NCBI RefSeq assembly: GCF_023055435.1
Contig: NW_025963791.1
Location: forward strand, 6,200,001-6,264,000
DNA: 64,000 bases
Reading direction: 5' to 3'
DNA from: Haliotis rufescens
Lineage: Eukaryota
Below the pieces are notes generated by a model. The model worked only from the letters and a program-made list of their open reading frames with translations, did no database searches and was not told the origin of the DNA. This document shows positions 24,260 through 37,373 of the stretch, piece after piece (position 1 is the first letter of the stretch; each line of letters starts with the position of its first letter). Position numbers and translations under genes: made by a program.

Positions 24260-24565
24260 CATGTACGCCCTGCGTCACTAAATCAGATCTACGCCCTGCG
24301 TCACTAAGTCACGTCTACGCCATACGCTACTGCGTTACGTCTACGCCCTGCGTCACCAAGTCACGTCTACGCCATACGCCACTGCGGTACGTCTACGCCC
24401 TGCGTCACTGCGTCACGTCTACTCACTGAGTCATTGCGGCACGTCTATGCCCTGCGGCACTGCGTCACGTCTAGTCACTGAGTCATTGCGGCACGTCTAT
24501 GCCCTGCGTCACTGCGTCACGTCTACTCACTGAGAAATTGCGTCACGTCTATGCCCTGCGTCACT
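24260..24565. repeat. 26-bp CpG-rich minisatellite
   Basis: ctacgccctgcgtcactgcgtcacgt variants. Confidence 0.9.
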
Positions 24566-25400
24566 TTGTGGTTTCCTTCAGTATTCTACTGCTGCGACGT
24601 GATTTCTCTAAAATGCTGGTGAAAATTGCGTTATTCCCCCGCATGAAAGTCTATCACAGAATGATCGACACGTGGAACTACGATAAATACGCCTGCATAA
24701 TATTATGTTCAAAACAAAATTGTAATAATAATATATTCCGCGTTTCGCAAAAGGCGATCGATATTATTTTGTTTTTTTCTCATTAGAGGGAGCGATGGGT
24801 CTGAACAAAATAAAATGAAATAACACCTGTCTTTTGTTGAGAATAATATGGGTTAGTTGATTGATATCAGGAGAGAGTGAGGGGGGGGGGGGGGGGGGGG
24901 GTAGGGGTATTCACATACACAGAAAGAGAGAGAGAGCTTCACATACACACACATAGATATATTCACATACAGAGAGGGAGAGAGGGGGTGCGGTATTCAC
25001 ATCACAGAAAGAGAGAGAGACAGACACAAACTTAGATTCACATACAGAGGGGGGTGTGGGGGGGGGGGGGGGGGGAGAGAAGAGAGAGAGCGAGAGCGAG
25101 ATGTGGAAAGCCAGTGCTTGGTGTCCCCCAGCGTGTAGGAATATTGCTACAGCCGTCATAAAACTGATCACAGTCAGTGTGACCACAAACCGCCATGCAG
25201 GTGTCCCGTATTCGGTCTATATTTAGGTTTCTGTGTGTGTTGTAAGAGATTTTATTGAACTGTTTTAAACGTTCGATGTGGCCTAACTAAATAAAGAATC
25301 ATTTCCACTGGTTAATATTTGCAAAAGCAAATTGACATAATATCGGTCTGATTTCCTTCCGTTGTCTGTAGAGATCCAGCTATGATAGCTTACAAGCAAG

Positions 25401-25496
25401 GTGAGCTGAGGTGAGGTGAAATGGGGTTTAACGTCGCGTCCAAGATTATTGCACTTATGTAGCGGCGTACATGTACGTGTGTTTGTGGAGGCGGTC
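25401..25496 (-). mobile_element. 96-bp mini family C (first 10 nt fused to 3' tail)
   Basis: Perfect 12-bp TSD cttacaagcaag (25389-25400, 25497-25508). Confidence 0.85.
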
Positions 25497-25613
25497 CTTA
25501 CAAGCAAGAGAATCAGTAACATCAAGTAGTTCAATGTCGTTACCATTGTGTGTATCATGCCTTCTGTTGCACTGTAAAAGGAACATGTGAGTTGGTCATC
25601 CTCGATCATCCAG

Positions 25614-25874
25614 GACCGCCTCCGTAGGCTAGTCCTCCCGGAGAGCGGAAGGTCCGGGGTTCGATCCCCGGCCGCGTCATACCAAAAGACGTTAACTTTA
25701 AAGATGGTACTTGTTGTTACCCTGTCTGGCGCTCGGCATTAGGGGCTAAAACAAGGATTGGTCGGCTCGGAGTCAGTATACTGTGTCTGAGTGGGATATT
25801 CATGTCAAACTGCGGCATGGTATCTCAGTGGGTTAGCACTATACATCGGCATCAGCTCGGACTAGTACAAGCAG

Positions 25875-25929
<55 letters not shown>

Positions 25930-25979
25930 CACGTAGCTATATAAGTGCAATAATCTTGGACGCGACGTTAAACCCCATT
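25614..25979 (+). mobile_element. SINE family C with expanded (CA)n
   Basis: Imperfect TSD tcctcgat..; (CA)n at about 25877-25926. Confidence 0.85.
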
Positions 25980-26734
25980 TCCTCGATTAACCAATAAATT
26001 ATATCGCCATTTGAGCCTGATTCGGATGACTCTAACATAGCCGTTCAATCATATTACACTGAAGTGCGAGACATATTCTGTGCTAAGTGGATGATAAGTA
26101 AGATGGATAAAAATTATACTGACGTCACTTCCGACACGAAGCTATGGTGGCGAATAGGTCATGGGTATTTACTATAATGGAGTGAAGATATTATACCCTG
26201 GATAATCGAGGATGGTTTGGGATATTCAGTTGTTAATGTTCAGAACCTGTACTATCAACTATTTTTATTATTATTGATAAAGCATTGATAAAAAGTACTA
26301 CTTAGTGTCCTTCAACACACTAGTTGTAGTGAGTATGTTGAGTAAGGGTGGCGTGTGGGTCTTTTTCAATTTTTAGCCCTGAAACCAATATCGCATTTAA
26401 AGAACCATTTGTACGGAATGGTGTTCTGTAACATTGTAAAACAATTCTGATATGATTTAAATTATAGCCACCACAGCGGTCATCAGATTTGTACAATTTC
26501 TATCACATCTTAACTTGTCAAGACAACTTATAAAAATACGTGTTTAAAAAACTACATATTTTACCTCCCCATCGACATATATGTGTTAAGGGTAGGTTGA
26601 TGCAAACACTTGTATGTCTGTTGTCCTACTCGCGATCACTTATAGCGCTGCAGTCTTTCAAGAAGTCGTTTGAAGACCTAGAAACGATAATTAGTTCACG
26701 TTGTAGTGGGAAAATATTATCTCCTTCAGGAACT

Positions 26735-26970
26735 TGGCCTTGTCACCTCAGGCATTGCAATTCACTGTACAGATCTGCACCCGTAGGACGTGTCGGATAC
26801 CTGTGATCGTATGTTCGAATCCTGGTTAGCCATGATTATATTAGGTTTGTCCTGAGGGTTTTCACCAAAGTGGTAAACATCTGAGGCTTGCATCACTTCG
26901 GACTTTCCTCCCACAACAAACTGACAACCGCTATATGACTGAAATAGAAAGCTGCGTAAGACCAACCTTT
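26735..26970 (+). mobile_element. SINE family D, old copy
   Basis: gttcgaatcc B box; gcatcacttcggactttcctcccaca. Confidence 0.7.
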
Positions 26971-27744
26971 CCCATTCACCATTGTCTCCTTGTTATGAAA
27001 TGGACATAACACACATCGGTCAAAGAAAATAGATCTGAAGACCTATCGCTGACGAATCATCACTGATGTTAAAAACAAAATGATGAAGCCATCAACTCCT
27101 CAACACGCCATCATCTCTCAAGGTACCATCTCCCGAGCCATCGTTGCAGGAGACCTGTAAGCCACCGTGCTGAGACTTGAGTAATCAGTCTCCGACAATA
27201 TTTGTCCACGATGCTTTCAACCAGTGCGGAATTAATCCCAAGCTATAAGTCTTCATCAGTGGGTAAGCACAAACGTTGCTGCATGGATATAACGTGTCAC
27301 GACTGATGAATAGTGGAATATTATGACAAGATATGGTGATGGAGTTGACTGGAGTCTAATTAAGCCATGTACCAGTGCAATATGAGGGTCCATGTATTCT
27401 GAAGATGACTAGTCTTGCCTGCAAAGTAGTTGAAGCGACGACCTGTCAGTTTACATGCTTGTTACACGCCCCTAGAGATTCCGGCCAGAATGGGACCCCG
27501 TGACATGCTTGTAACGAGTCTTCTGAAACAAGGAGCGGTCGGTTACCATGTGTAACATGGTTGACAGTGTCACTGTACCCGTGTCTCGTGCCAGTATAGA
27601 CGTGTGCGAGAGGCCCTGTGGGGTTCAATAGGTCCCCATAACAAGCGTGTTTAAGGTCTGAAATGAGGATCGGTTGTCGGATGTGGATCCTGGCTGAAGG
27701 GGTGTCATCGTGTCCCGATGTGTGAATTGTTGCTTGCTCTATCA

Positions 27745-28000
27745 ACCACTGTGGTCTAGTGGTAGAGCGTCCGCCCGGAAAGCGGAAGGTCCGGGGTTCG
27801 ATCCCCGGCCGCGTCATACCAAAAGACGTTTATTTAAAAGGTGGTACTTGTTGTTACCCTGTCCGGCGCTCGGCATTAAGATGCTAAAACAAGGACTGGT
27901 CGGCTCGGAGTATTCATGTTAAACAACGGCATGGTATCTCAGTGAGCTCGCAATATAAATCGGCACCAGTCCGGACTAGTACAATCATTTCACTTCACCT
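27745..28000 (+). mobile_element. SINE family C, internally deleted
   Basis: A/B boxes and Meta-like domain present. Confidence 0.8.
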
Positions 28001-29504
28001 TTTGTTCAAGGCTTGACAATATACAGGTACTACCTTTTGGAGGGCTGACAGTCTCTTAAATGAATGTTTACGTCGCAGAAAGCAATATGCCATCTATACC
28101 AACAAGGCATTTATAAGATCGAGTCTGGTCCAGACAAACCAAAGGTTGATGTTATGAGAGATGTCCCATGCAGTCGGCGTACGTTGGCACGTAGATATAC
28201 AGACATGGAAGCACATGTATAAACACTAAACAGGTATATGCTCAGACGTCATGATGTTAAACCTTCAAACTCCATACATACACAGTGTGAAACACGTACA
28301 GCTTTTTCCTTGATGTCATGTGGAACACCCTTTCTAGCCAACCACGCGGCTTAATGTAGATAGCTCCGCAGATTTGTATCACGAATATTAACTGGTATAT
28401 TGAGACAACCTGCTACAAACAACAAGCAGAGTACATTAATTCAGACTTTATTATTGGTGGGGAAATCTCTTGTATTGCAGAGGAAGCAAACTGAATGTTG
28501 GATATTTCGGATACACATCCTAATTTAGACAATTAGAGATTCCTATAGCCGTTTCCAAGGGAAATACGCGGAGTATTTTGATCTAGACTTATTGTTCAAA
28601 ATAGAGCTATGTATATCGGATTTTTTATTTGATCGATGTACATATCGATTGACAGAGATACAGGGTATACAAAAGAAAAAAAGGTATTCTAACTATTGTG
28701 AAAGAGATTGAATAGATATTCTAGTTGTTGTTTTTTTATAAGTGTCAGGGCTAAGGGAATTTGTTAGACTGAAGATGTTTTTTAGAGTGAAACGGTTTTA
28801 GATAGGTTAAATAAAATCTATATGTTGAATGTTTCTTGTTTCCCATCTGTTTAGTTATTCTGTAGAGAGTCAGTGGTTCATTTTCCCATCGTTATTAGGG
28901 GTGTACGTGTAAATATAATTGAAGGGGGTTGGGGTGGGGTATTATTCTAACCCATATCATCAAAATTTCTATTAATTTTTAGTTATTCATAAAGGATGCG
29001 GATAAGGGCCTTTTGGGCCCGCGGAAAATTCGAACTTTGAATTGAAAGAATACTGAAATATTAGTACGAATATGCTCATATGCGTTCAAATGAACAATTA
29101 AGATTATATTCTTTCTAACATTTGCAGGGTTTTGACTTTTTACGTAATCAAGTAAGAAAACGTTTGGCTATAACTTGGGGCAAGGGCCGAACTGTAAGTC
29201 ATTGACCCATAAGTAAACTGCCTTTACTTTGCTCTCCTTTGCCTTTTACGCCTAATGGAATCTGTTTCATCTGACTTATTGTTCTCTGACGTTGGCGTTT
29301 TATATTTACATATCTCAGGGAAATCAACCGCCGTAAAAGACTTGCTCACGTATTCCATGAACGCTTCCTACAAACCTTTACATCAACCTTTTGGTTTGTG
29401 CTGATCATGCTCAAGTACAGGATGGAATCTAGGGATGTAACGTGTCACCGAATGTTCGATTCATCGCGATACCTTGCATCGATACACAGCGATTCAATCT
29501 TTTA

Positions 29505-29605
29505 CACTACTCAAAAGAAGTTAAAGAACACACATTGTTATACATGACATATTAACAAAGGCAATATGAAAGAATCGTGTGTTCTTTAACTTCTTTGTAG
29601 AAGTG
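29505..29605. mobile_element. Tc1-like mini-MITE
   Basis: TA|cactactcaaaagaagttaaagaacacac ... gtgtgttctttaacttctttgtagaagtg. Confidence 0.6.
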
Positions 29606-30199
29606 GCGACATGTAAAATGAACATAGAATGAAAACTACTGTTTTCGGCTTTAATGTACAAGAGTGCTCAAGCAAATGTTATAAAAAATTACTCAAATGT
29701 ACAAAATCGTGTTTAGTTGCGTTACTTATAATGTCCTTGGGTGTTGGAATTTGGTTCCTTAAAATAACAGGTCTCAAGTTTTATCGTATTCAATCATGAC
29801 TTAAGCTTTCGAGATGTATCGTATAAGAGTACCGTTATTAACATAGATTAACCCTATGTGGGTCAAAAGTTCATCAGTGTCAACATAATCGTTGGATGCA
29901 GTCTCACGTATGCGTCTTCCAATATCTATTTATATCCCCCGTATTGACTGTTTATAACTTGTGAATACAATCTATGTACATCTTAATTTCCGAACTATTT
30001 TCATCAATGCACTATAGCACCAGATGTGACACACGCGTTGGTGTACTGCGTGTGTCCCTCGACGTAAACACATTTCATTAGATTGACACTGTGGCTATAT
30101 ATCGTGTTACAGTAGGCAAATGTTTCCACGGAAATGGTGTTGTGTTCATATTTCCTATAGCATCGCCGTCAAAAGCTGATAAAACCTTTAACGCTACCA

Positions 30200-30350
30200 G
30201 CTGGTTTCAAGTGGTCAAAGCGTTCGCTCGGCACGATGAATGCATGGGATCGATTCCGGCCATGGGTACAATGTGTGAAGTCCATTCCTGGTGTCCCGTG
30301 CTATGATATTGCTGTAACATTGCTAAAAACGGCGTAAAACCATAATCTCC
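30200..30350 (+). mobile_element. SINE family A, old copy
   Basis: Degenerate head, catgggtacaatgtgtgaag body and tail. Confidence 0.75.
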
Positions 30351-30392
30351 CTCTTACGCCCGCGGTCACCAAATCAAATCACAAAATGTTGC

Positions 30393-30830
30393 ACTCCGTG
30401 ACGATCCGGGTGAGAGTGTCTTCAGCAACCCATGCTTTCCGTAAGAGTAGACTGTGCTTGTCGTAAGTGAGTGAGTGAGGCTTTACGCCGCTTTTAGCAA
30501 TATTCCAGCAATATTACGGCGGGGGACACCAGAAATGAGCTTCACACATCGTACCCATGTCGGGAATCGAACACGGGTCTTCGGCGTGACGAGCTAACGC
30601 TTTAACCACTAGGCTACCCGACCGTCCCGCTTGTCGTAAGAGGCGACTAATGGGATAGGGTGGTCAGGTTCACTGACTTGGTTGATGCATGTGTCATCGT
30701 ATCCCAAATGCGTGGATCGATGCTCATGACATCCATCAGTGGATTGTCTAGTCCAGACTCGATTAATTTCAGATTGCCGTCATGTAAGTGGAATATTGCT
30801 GAGTGCGGCGTTCAACAACAAACAGACAAA
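30393..30830 (+). mobile_element. Family B interrupted by SINE A
   Basis: TSD cacaaa(a/g)tgttgc (30380-30392, 30831-30843). Confidence 0.85.
30468..30628 (-). mobile_element. SINE family A nested in a family B copy
   Basis: 12-bp TSD gcttgtcgtaag (30456-30467, 30629-30640), which is family B sequence. Confidence 0.9.
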
Positions 30831-31349
30831 CACAAAGTGTTGCTATTTTATTTTTTATTTTTTTTAAATTTAATATTTTGTTAACGACCTATGTCCTAAT
30901 CGCGCTATTACCTATAACTACATCTGCAGGGTGTTTCTTCATGGAGAAACACGTTCATGAAATAATGAAACAATGACATACCTTTAGAGTTTTTTGTTCC
31001 TGCCTAAAGACGTACAAACAACTCAATATTTTGAATCGACAAAACTCATCTTATTTCAGAATATATATGTTCAGTGATTTATGTTAATATCGGCACTTAT
31101 TGGGAGATTTATGGTATCCTGGTTCTCCACGAGCTATACATGTTTATTTGTTAAAGATGTAAAATTTATCAATATCTCTGTCAATATATATATAAAATGA
31201 TGTGCTGCGTCGCACATAACAATTAGATTAATATCGTACGATTTTTAATTTTCGAAACACAAAATACTTAAACCTCCTTTTGCCGTAAATATGAAATGTC
31301 AACCCCCGAGGATAACCATCCTCAATTATCCGACGAAACAGATTCCACT

Positions 31350-31470
31350 GGGAGTAAAGGGCAAAATAGCGGTGAAAATTATGAATGAATCACTAAAAAC
31401 CAGTGATGACACCACGTGTTCGCGAAACGTGTAGGTATGTCCTGCCCTACCAGTTGCACCCGCCATGCAC
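31350..31470 (-). mobile_element. Related PLE 3'-end motif fragment
   Basis: gtgatgacaccacgtgttcgcgaaac...cctgccc...gcacccgccat. Confidence 0.55.
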
Positions 31471-31936
31471 ACAATTTGCATTAAAAAGTATGTGAATTCA
31501 TGAAAAGTATTTGCACTTGATGAACCTTGGAAATTCACTTTTTGATGAGACTTATTATTCTATGAGATGGATATGGCCTTTTCGTTTAACAACACCGGAC
31601 TTAGTTTGTATTCATGGCCGCGGCCAGCTGACCTGCCAATAGTAATATGTTTCTCCACGGCAAGATGTTGTACATCGTTTGCCTCCTATGAATATCCAAC
31701 TAATGCCCATTGCTACCAGACAGATATGTCGTCCGTGACAGAACTGCCACGCGATTGTACCGCTCTCTACCCCGCTAGGTTAATGCTTTTGTCTTCCTCG
31801 CACGCACAGCCTATATGCATTATGCATGATGATGTTGTTACACAACTGGCCCTTAGTCTGCCAGGGTAGAGAGCATTCGGGCCGCGATCTTCTTCTGGGA
31901 TTCTACTTGTGCAATCCGTCTGTCTAAAGGCAAATA

Positions 31937-32165
31937 CCCATTGGGGTTTCCGGATTAGAATATGTCCCAAGCAATATATGCTTGTCGTATGAGGCGAATT
32001 AATGTATCGGTTGGTCAATATAATCTAGTTGATAGCGTTTCCTGTTACCCCGACGGCGTCGATCGTATCTTATAACATCACTAGCTTGTCTGGCCCAAAC
32101 ACGATTATTTCAGGCCGCCCTCCTATGGCTGGAATATTGCCAAGTGCCGTTTTAAACAACCAACA
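31937..32165 (+). mobile_element. Ancient or divergent family B relative
   Basis: Colinear with B: ccggattagaata, atgcttgtcgtatgaggcga, ttgtctggcccaaacacgattatt, gctggaatattgc...ttaaacaac. Confidence 0.75.
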
Positions 32166-33383
32166 TATCCGATATACAGTTTAAAGACCAGGGACGTCGA
32201 GGAATTTTTTATTTCTGAAACAATTTCTGGGTCACACGGTGCCAGTATCACTAAAGGAAATTTACCAGAATAGCTTTTTTAGTTTAGAATACATGTGATT
32301 TTCTCATCTTGGCGTCATGCGCCGATCAATCTGTCCCACTTACCGCTGTGCTATGTCTCTCATTGGTCTGTGGAGTAATCAGACTGAACTGAATAGGATT
32401 TGCCTTCCACTGAGCAGGGTCTAAGCATTTGAAGATGAAGATATGTAATTGTCGTTGTTTGGTTTTAAAACATGCTTACTGCTGTGAGGGGCAAGGAGTG
32501 CAAGGAACTTATGATGTTTCTAGATTCGCCAGCAACATACCCATGCTCGTTCTTACAGGTTTCACCACAGTGGTAACGTGTAAGACTTGCACCTCTTTCC
32601 TCTCACATTAAGCTGTCACGCCGTGATAAAACTGAAATCCAGTTCATAACGGCATTAACATCACAATTACTCTTTTAAGCGTTTGACGACCGTGATATAT
32701 AATCATACCCATGATTGCTGCATGTTCCGTTGTGCGATATATAACTGTATTGCTTGGCCTTGTAACAATTGCAACTGTTTGTTCCAGAGCATGGTCTTCA
32801 ACCTCTGACAACTGTGTAATATCATTTTGTTGTTGTTTGGTCATGGCTAAATATGACCAGATATTAACCATCCTGGACTATCTCCATGGCAACATAGTGA
32901 TGAAAATCATAATCAGTGATGACATGTCTTTTCGAAAGGGTCAGCATGTCCTGACCGGTAGATGCTCGAGAGAGCATGGTCATCTGAAGTTTCAAACGTT
33001 ATTGCTTGGTCGGAAACAGTCGTGGGTGAAATATCCTTCATGATCCTAAATGCATGTTTTTCAGCATTTAAACACTGTGCCATATACCCGTTATTTCTTG
33101 TTATGATGTACTACTATACAGTGTGAACCTGGCACGTTGATTGGTTTGTCACAAAAACATCCGCTTCCTATTCTGGTTGAGACAGCTTTTGCTGGGATGA
33201 TGCTTGTCTGAAAATGACAACGCCACAATGGGTTGGAATGTCTCGCGCCATGATAAGGATATAGTGTCAGAAGCACCTGGAACTAAACAAATTAAGGCAA
33301 AATAAATGCTTGATAAGTCAAGATAAATAAATGACATAAGCAAACATGTACCCGTTTTCGTACTCAGCCAGTATTAAAGCTGC

Positions 33384-33621
33384 CCCGTGAAGATCCGGGT
33401 TAGAATAGGTCTTCATCCTACGTTTGCTGTAAGATGCGACTATGCTTGTCGTAAGAGGCGACTAACGGGATCGGGTGGTCAGGCTCGCTGACATGGTTGA
33501 CGGCAGATCGATGCTCATGATATCAATCACTGGGTTGTGTGGTCCAGACTCGATTATTTACAGACCACCGTCTTATAGCTGGAATATTGCGGCGTTAATA
33601 ACAAACAAACAAACAAACAAA
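33384..33621 (+). mobile_element. Family B, duplicated-hairpin type
   Basis: Starts cccgtgaagatccgggttagaataggtcttca; (AAAC)n tail. Confidence 0.85.
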
Positions 33622-33653
33622 AGTGTTTAAGATCTTCGTCTTATCATAGGTGT

Positions 33654-33811
33654 GGGGCGGTGGTGTAGCACTGTAGTTAAACCGTTCGCTCGTCACGCCG
33701 AAGACGCAGCTACGACTCCAGTCATGGGTGAATCCCATTTCAGGTGCCCCACGCTGTGATAATGCTGGACTATTGCTAAAAGAAATGGTTGAAACCATAC
33801 TCGCTCACTCA
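33654..33811 (+). mobile_element. SINE family A, old copy
   Basis: cgttcgctcgtcacgccgaagac head, diverged tail. Confidence 0.75.
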
Positions 33812-33824
33812 ATATCGTTACCTT

Positions 33825-34361
33825 GACTTGTCTAGCGGTATAAGGCGTCGGGACTCTCTGTGCAGAGTTGGGCCCTTGACGTTGCCAGGATACACTTGTC
33901 GCAGGCTGGAATCCAGAACCTCCCCAATAATACCATGGTCCGTCGGCATCATGCCCGCACTCGTTCATTTCACCAAAGGGGGCATGGGTGGCCCATTCGT
34001 CTAAGGCGCCGCGATTCGCTGTGCAGAGTTGCGTCCCTTGGGCACGCCAGAAACCCATGACTGTGGGTTCGAATCCCGGTTCGCCCCGATTATGTTTCTA
34101 GGCTTGTCAGCACCATACCCGTGCTCGTGGGTTTCACCGAAGTGGCAAACGTCTGAGGCCTGCATCACTTGGGGCTTTCCTCCCACATTAAGCTGACACA
34201 CCGTGCGATAACTGGAATACTGTTAAAAGCGGTGTTAAACCCAACTCACTCGCTCACTCACCCAAGCGCTACAAGTCTACGATTGGATCCCTTTTGGCTT
34301 GCAGTCATCTGACCCGTCGTGTTTCTGACATACTGCTGAAACGACATTGAACCCCAAGCAC
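33825..34361 (+). mobile_element. Very old family D copy split by a younger D copy
   Basis: Head and body 33825-33977; degenerate tail resumes 34261-34361. Confidence 0.6.
33978..34260 (+). mobile_element. SINE family D, full length
   Basis: tRNA-Leu-like TCTAAGGCGC, B box GGTTCGAATCC, V-like tttcctcccaca, shared tail. Confidence 0.85.
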
Positions 34362-34454
34362 GTATTCTGCCTGGAATAAAATGCATAAGACACAAGAATT
34401 TACATTCTCTTTACATCGTCGTATTGATACCGTATAACTATACAATTACCGGTT

Positions 34455-34666
34455 ATGGCTAGGTAGCCAGTATAGGGTGCAGCAATTCTCTGTGCAGAGT
34501 TGCTCCCTTGGGCACGCCAGAAACATGTCATCGTGAGTTCGAAACCCGGTTCACCCCGATTGTTTCTCGGTTTCAGCACCATATCCGTGCACTACATTTG
34601 TAAATGTCCCACTTTAAGCTGACGAACCGTGATATACCTCGTCTGGAATACTGTTCAAAGCGGCGG
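34455..34666 (+). mobile_element. SINE family D, degenerate
   Basis: tgtgcagagttgctcccttgggcacgccagaaac. Confidence 0.75.
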
Positions 34667-34779
34667 GATAAACGTCTCAGGGTCACTGTAATTTTGATTT
34701 TGTCATCGAAAGTGGATTGACCGCCTTATGAATACTCTCTGAGAATTTAGTTAAGATTAGAGCCTGCTTTTAAAGTGTA

Positions 34780-35030
34780 TAACTTTCTTGGCAATGTATG
34801 CTTGAAGCGCTACATTGTCATACCCCCGGGCAATGAATCAGTGTGCACTCGAGTATTCATTCTGAGCTCCCTGTGGAGTATCAAACCAAAGCTGCCTGTG
34901 AGGTTAACAGTCACATCACCATCCCATCATCTACCGGGGACCCATTCACTTCTTGGTGAACACGAAGACTTAGAAACTCTCAGGAGCCAAAACACCGAAC
35001 ACAGTCACCCATCCGAATTCAAGTTCGTAT
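34780..35030 (-). mobile_element. Old CORE-like SINE fragment (family E)
   Basis: Reverse-complement similarity to 9180-9415 (aacagtcacat, acccatt...ggtgaac, aagcgct). Confidence 0.5.
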
Positions 35031-35299
35031 CTGATCGATTTTAATGTCGTTTTTTGGCAGATGTAATACTTCAAAACACCTCCTCAAACTGTAGCTGATT
35101 GGCTCACAGAGCTGTGAATTATGCAATATAAAAAACGGCATATCCAATCGTAGTATTTCTTAAGCCTGTTATGCTGATCGAAGTCACACGTGTTGAACGT
35201 CATTTCCGTCAACGTAAGACATCATTCAGTTTATCATGTTAACATCTTTTTCCTCAACGTATTTTGACACCATTTTGATCCATATTTTACCTGCAATTA

Positions 35300-35830
35300 C
35301 CGGAAAGTGGTTTAGCACCATTCTACATGGTCTTTCACCTCAATTGTTGTTGTTTTGCACCTTTTAACACCATTCTGTTCAACGTGTTAAACAACAATTT
35401 CCTCAACGTGTTTAACGCTTTTTTCCTTAATGTGGTTTATGCTCGGAGTATTTAAAAGCATATTCTTGTGTGTTTTTGTAGGTTTTGCACCTTTAAACAC
35501 CATTCTGTTCAGCGTGTTTAACCGTATTTCAACACAATGCATCTGGTCATCATGTTTCACACGATTTTCCATTGTGTAATTTGACATGTCTCTGCACAGA
35601 GTGTTTCATTATTGGGCGTGTTTCAACACCAGTTTCAACAACGTAAGTTTCCAAAGTGTGTTTGTACATCTTTCTAGTGTTATAACACCATTTTCCTCAA
35701 CGTGTTTTCAGACCTTTCTGTTCAACACCATTTTCCTGAGTGTATGTTTTACATCTCTCTGAGCGTATTAACACAATTATCCTTCGATCCCTTTATCACC
35801 ATTCTTCTAAGCGTGTATTAACACAACTCC
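35300..35830. repeat. Degenerate minisatellite
   Basis: Recurring aacaccatt..tcaacgtgtt. Confidence 0.6.
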
Positions 35831-37373
35831 TCAATTTACACATCTTATACTTCAAAATGTTTACATCGCGTCAGGACAAGCAACTGTTCCAATAATCCCA
35901 AAACAGAGGATACAATGAAAACCAGTAACCCACAGAAACCGGTATCTTCACATGGCTCTTAAGCACACACCACTTCTTGAGATAACTGTTCATCAAATGC
36001 TAAACGTTGATCGTTCGTCACATCCTGGCGTGTCTACTTCAGACGCATGCCAACGTTATAACGAATAATAACAAGTCAATGATAAACGACCTGGTCGTAA
36101 AAATGCAGTGTCACTTGTGCTAATCACAAACTGTAGAAACCTCCTCTCCTCCCACTGGAGTGAAGTGCTTTCCTAAAACTGCTAATAAAGACACCCATCT
36201 CCTAAACGATGCCATATTCCACATGACTGCTTTTACTGGTTGTTAAAGTAGTTGACCGAGAAGCGTTAGAAAGAGAAAAACAAGTCGTATTTTATAGTGT
36301 TAGGATTTCGTCCTTGTTTGAATCCTGATCTCTCATATTCCGAGTGCGGGTTATAAATACCCTATAACGTTGTTTCGTATCGATCTCACTCGTACGGTTT
36401 CATCGGCAAGACCGGAAACGAAGGTAATTGGCGAAATAGAACGCCCACAAACGTTGTGCTTATTTCATCAGGCATTGTTGGAGATAAGTTGTTGCAGAAT
36501 AGGACAGGTTTCGCCATGACAACGAGAACAGTTTTCAACATGCCAATGATTGAAGATATATGCTGACGCTTTCATTTGTCAATGTCTTGAATTGAACATA
36601 CTATCATGATGTATTGATACATCGGTCAATTGAAACACTATCAGAACGGTGCAAGAACGTCTTCAGACTTTGCGGTAAAACGACGACGCCAAGAACCTTT
36701 TTTTTCAAATGAAATATATAAAAAATGTCCACACAATTTCTTCCTGAATTATCTTTGAAATTGCATGCATTTATTTTATTTTCAAACTTAAGAAATGTCA
36801 AACGTGGCAAAATTAAAAGTTCGTGCGACAATTGGTCACATGAAGAAGTAAACATTTTATTGTTTGATTTCTACGAATTTTTATGATTTTGTTTAAACAA
36901 CAAACAGATGGAATATTTTTAATATTTTTGGTCTTTCAACAATTCTGTAAAAAAGTCAAGCTTTGAGTGGAAGATGAATAAAGTACCATGGTTGTATAAA
37001 GTTTCTGTTAATCCGCAGAATACACACAGTTTATATTAGAATCTTCGTCACCATAGCAACTGTCGCTTAGCTGTTCATGATAATATTTTGTACGAACCTT
37101 ACCAATGAACGTATTATTTATGAAATGGCAATATCTGATTCATTTTAAACACATGTGGTCTTTACAAAGGTCTGTGTAGTATATTGGAGATCTTATTCCT
37201 CTGTGTTGTCTGTGATAAATTGCTGTGACAGTCCTGTTTTAACAGCAAATATTCAATTGCCATGTATTGGTTTAATACTCTGTAACAAACCATGACACAC
37301 AAAGCTTTTATCAACCACAACTGCCAACAAACATTTAAAATAGCTTTTAACTTTCTTAACCATTCACCTCAGT

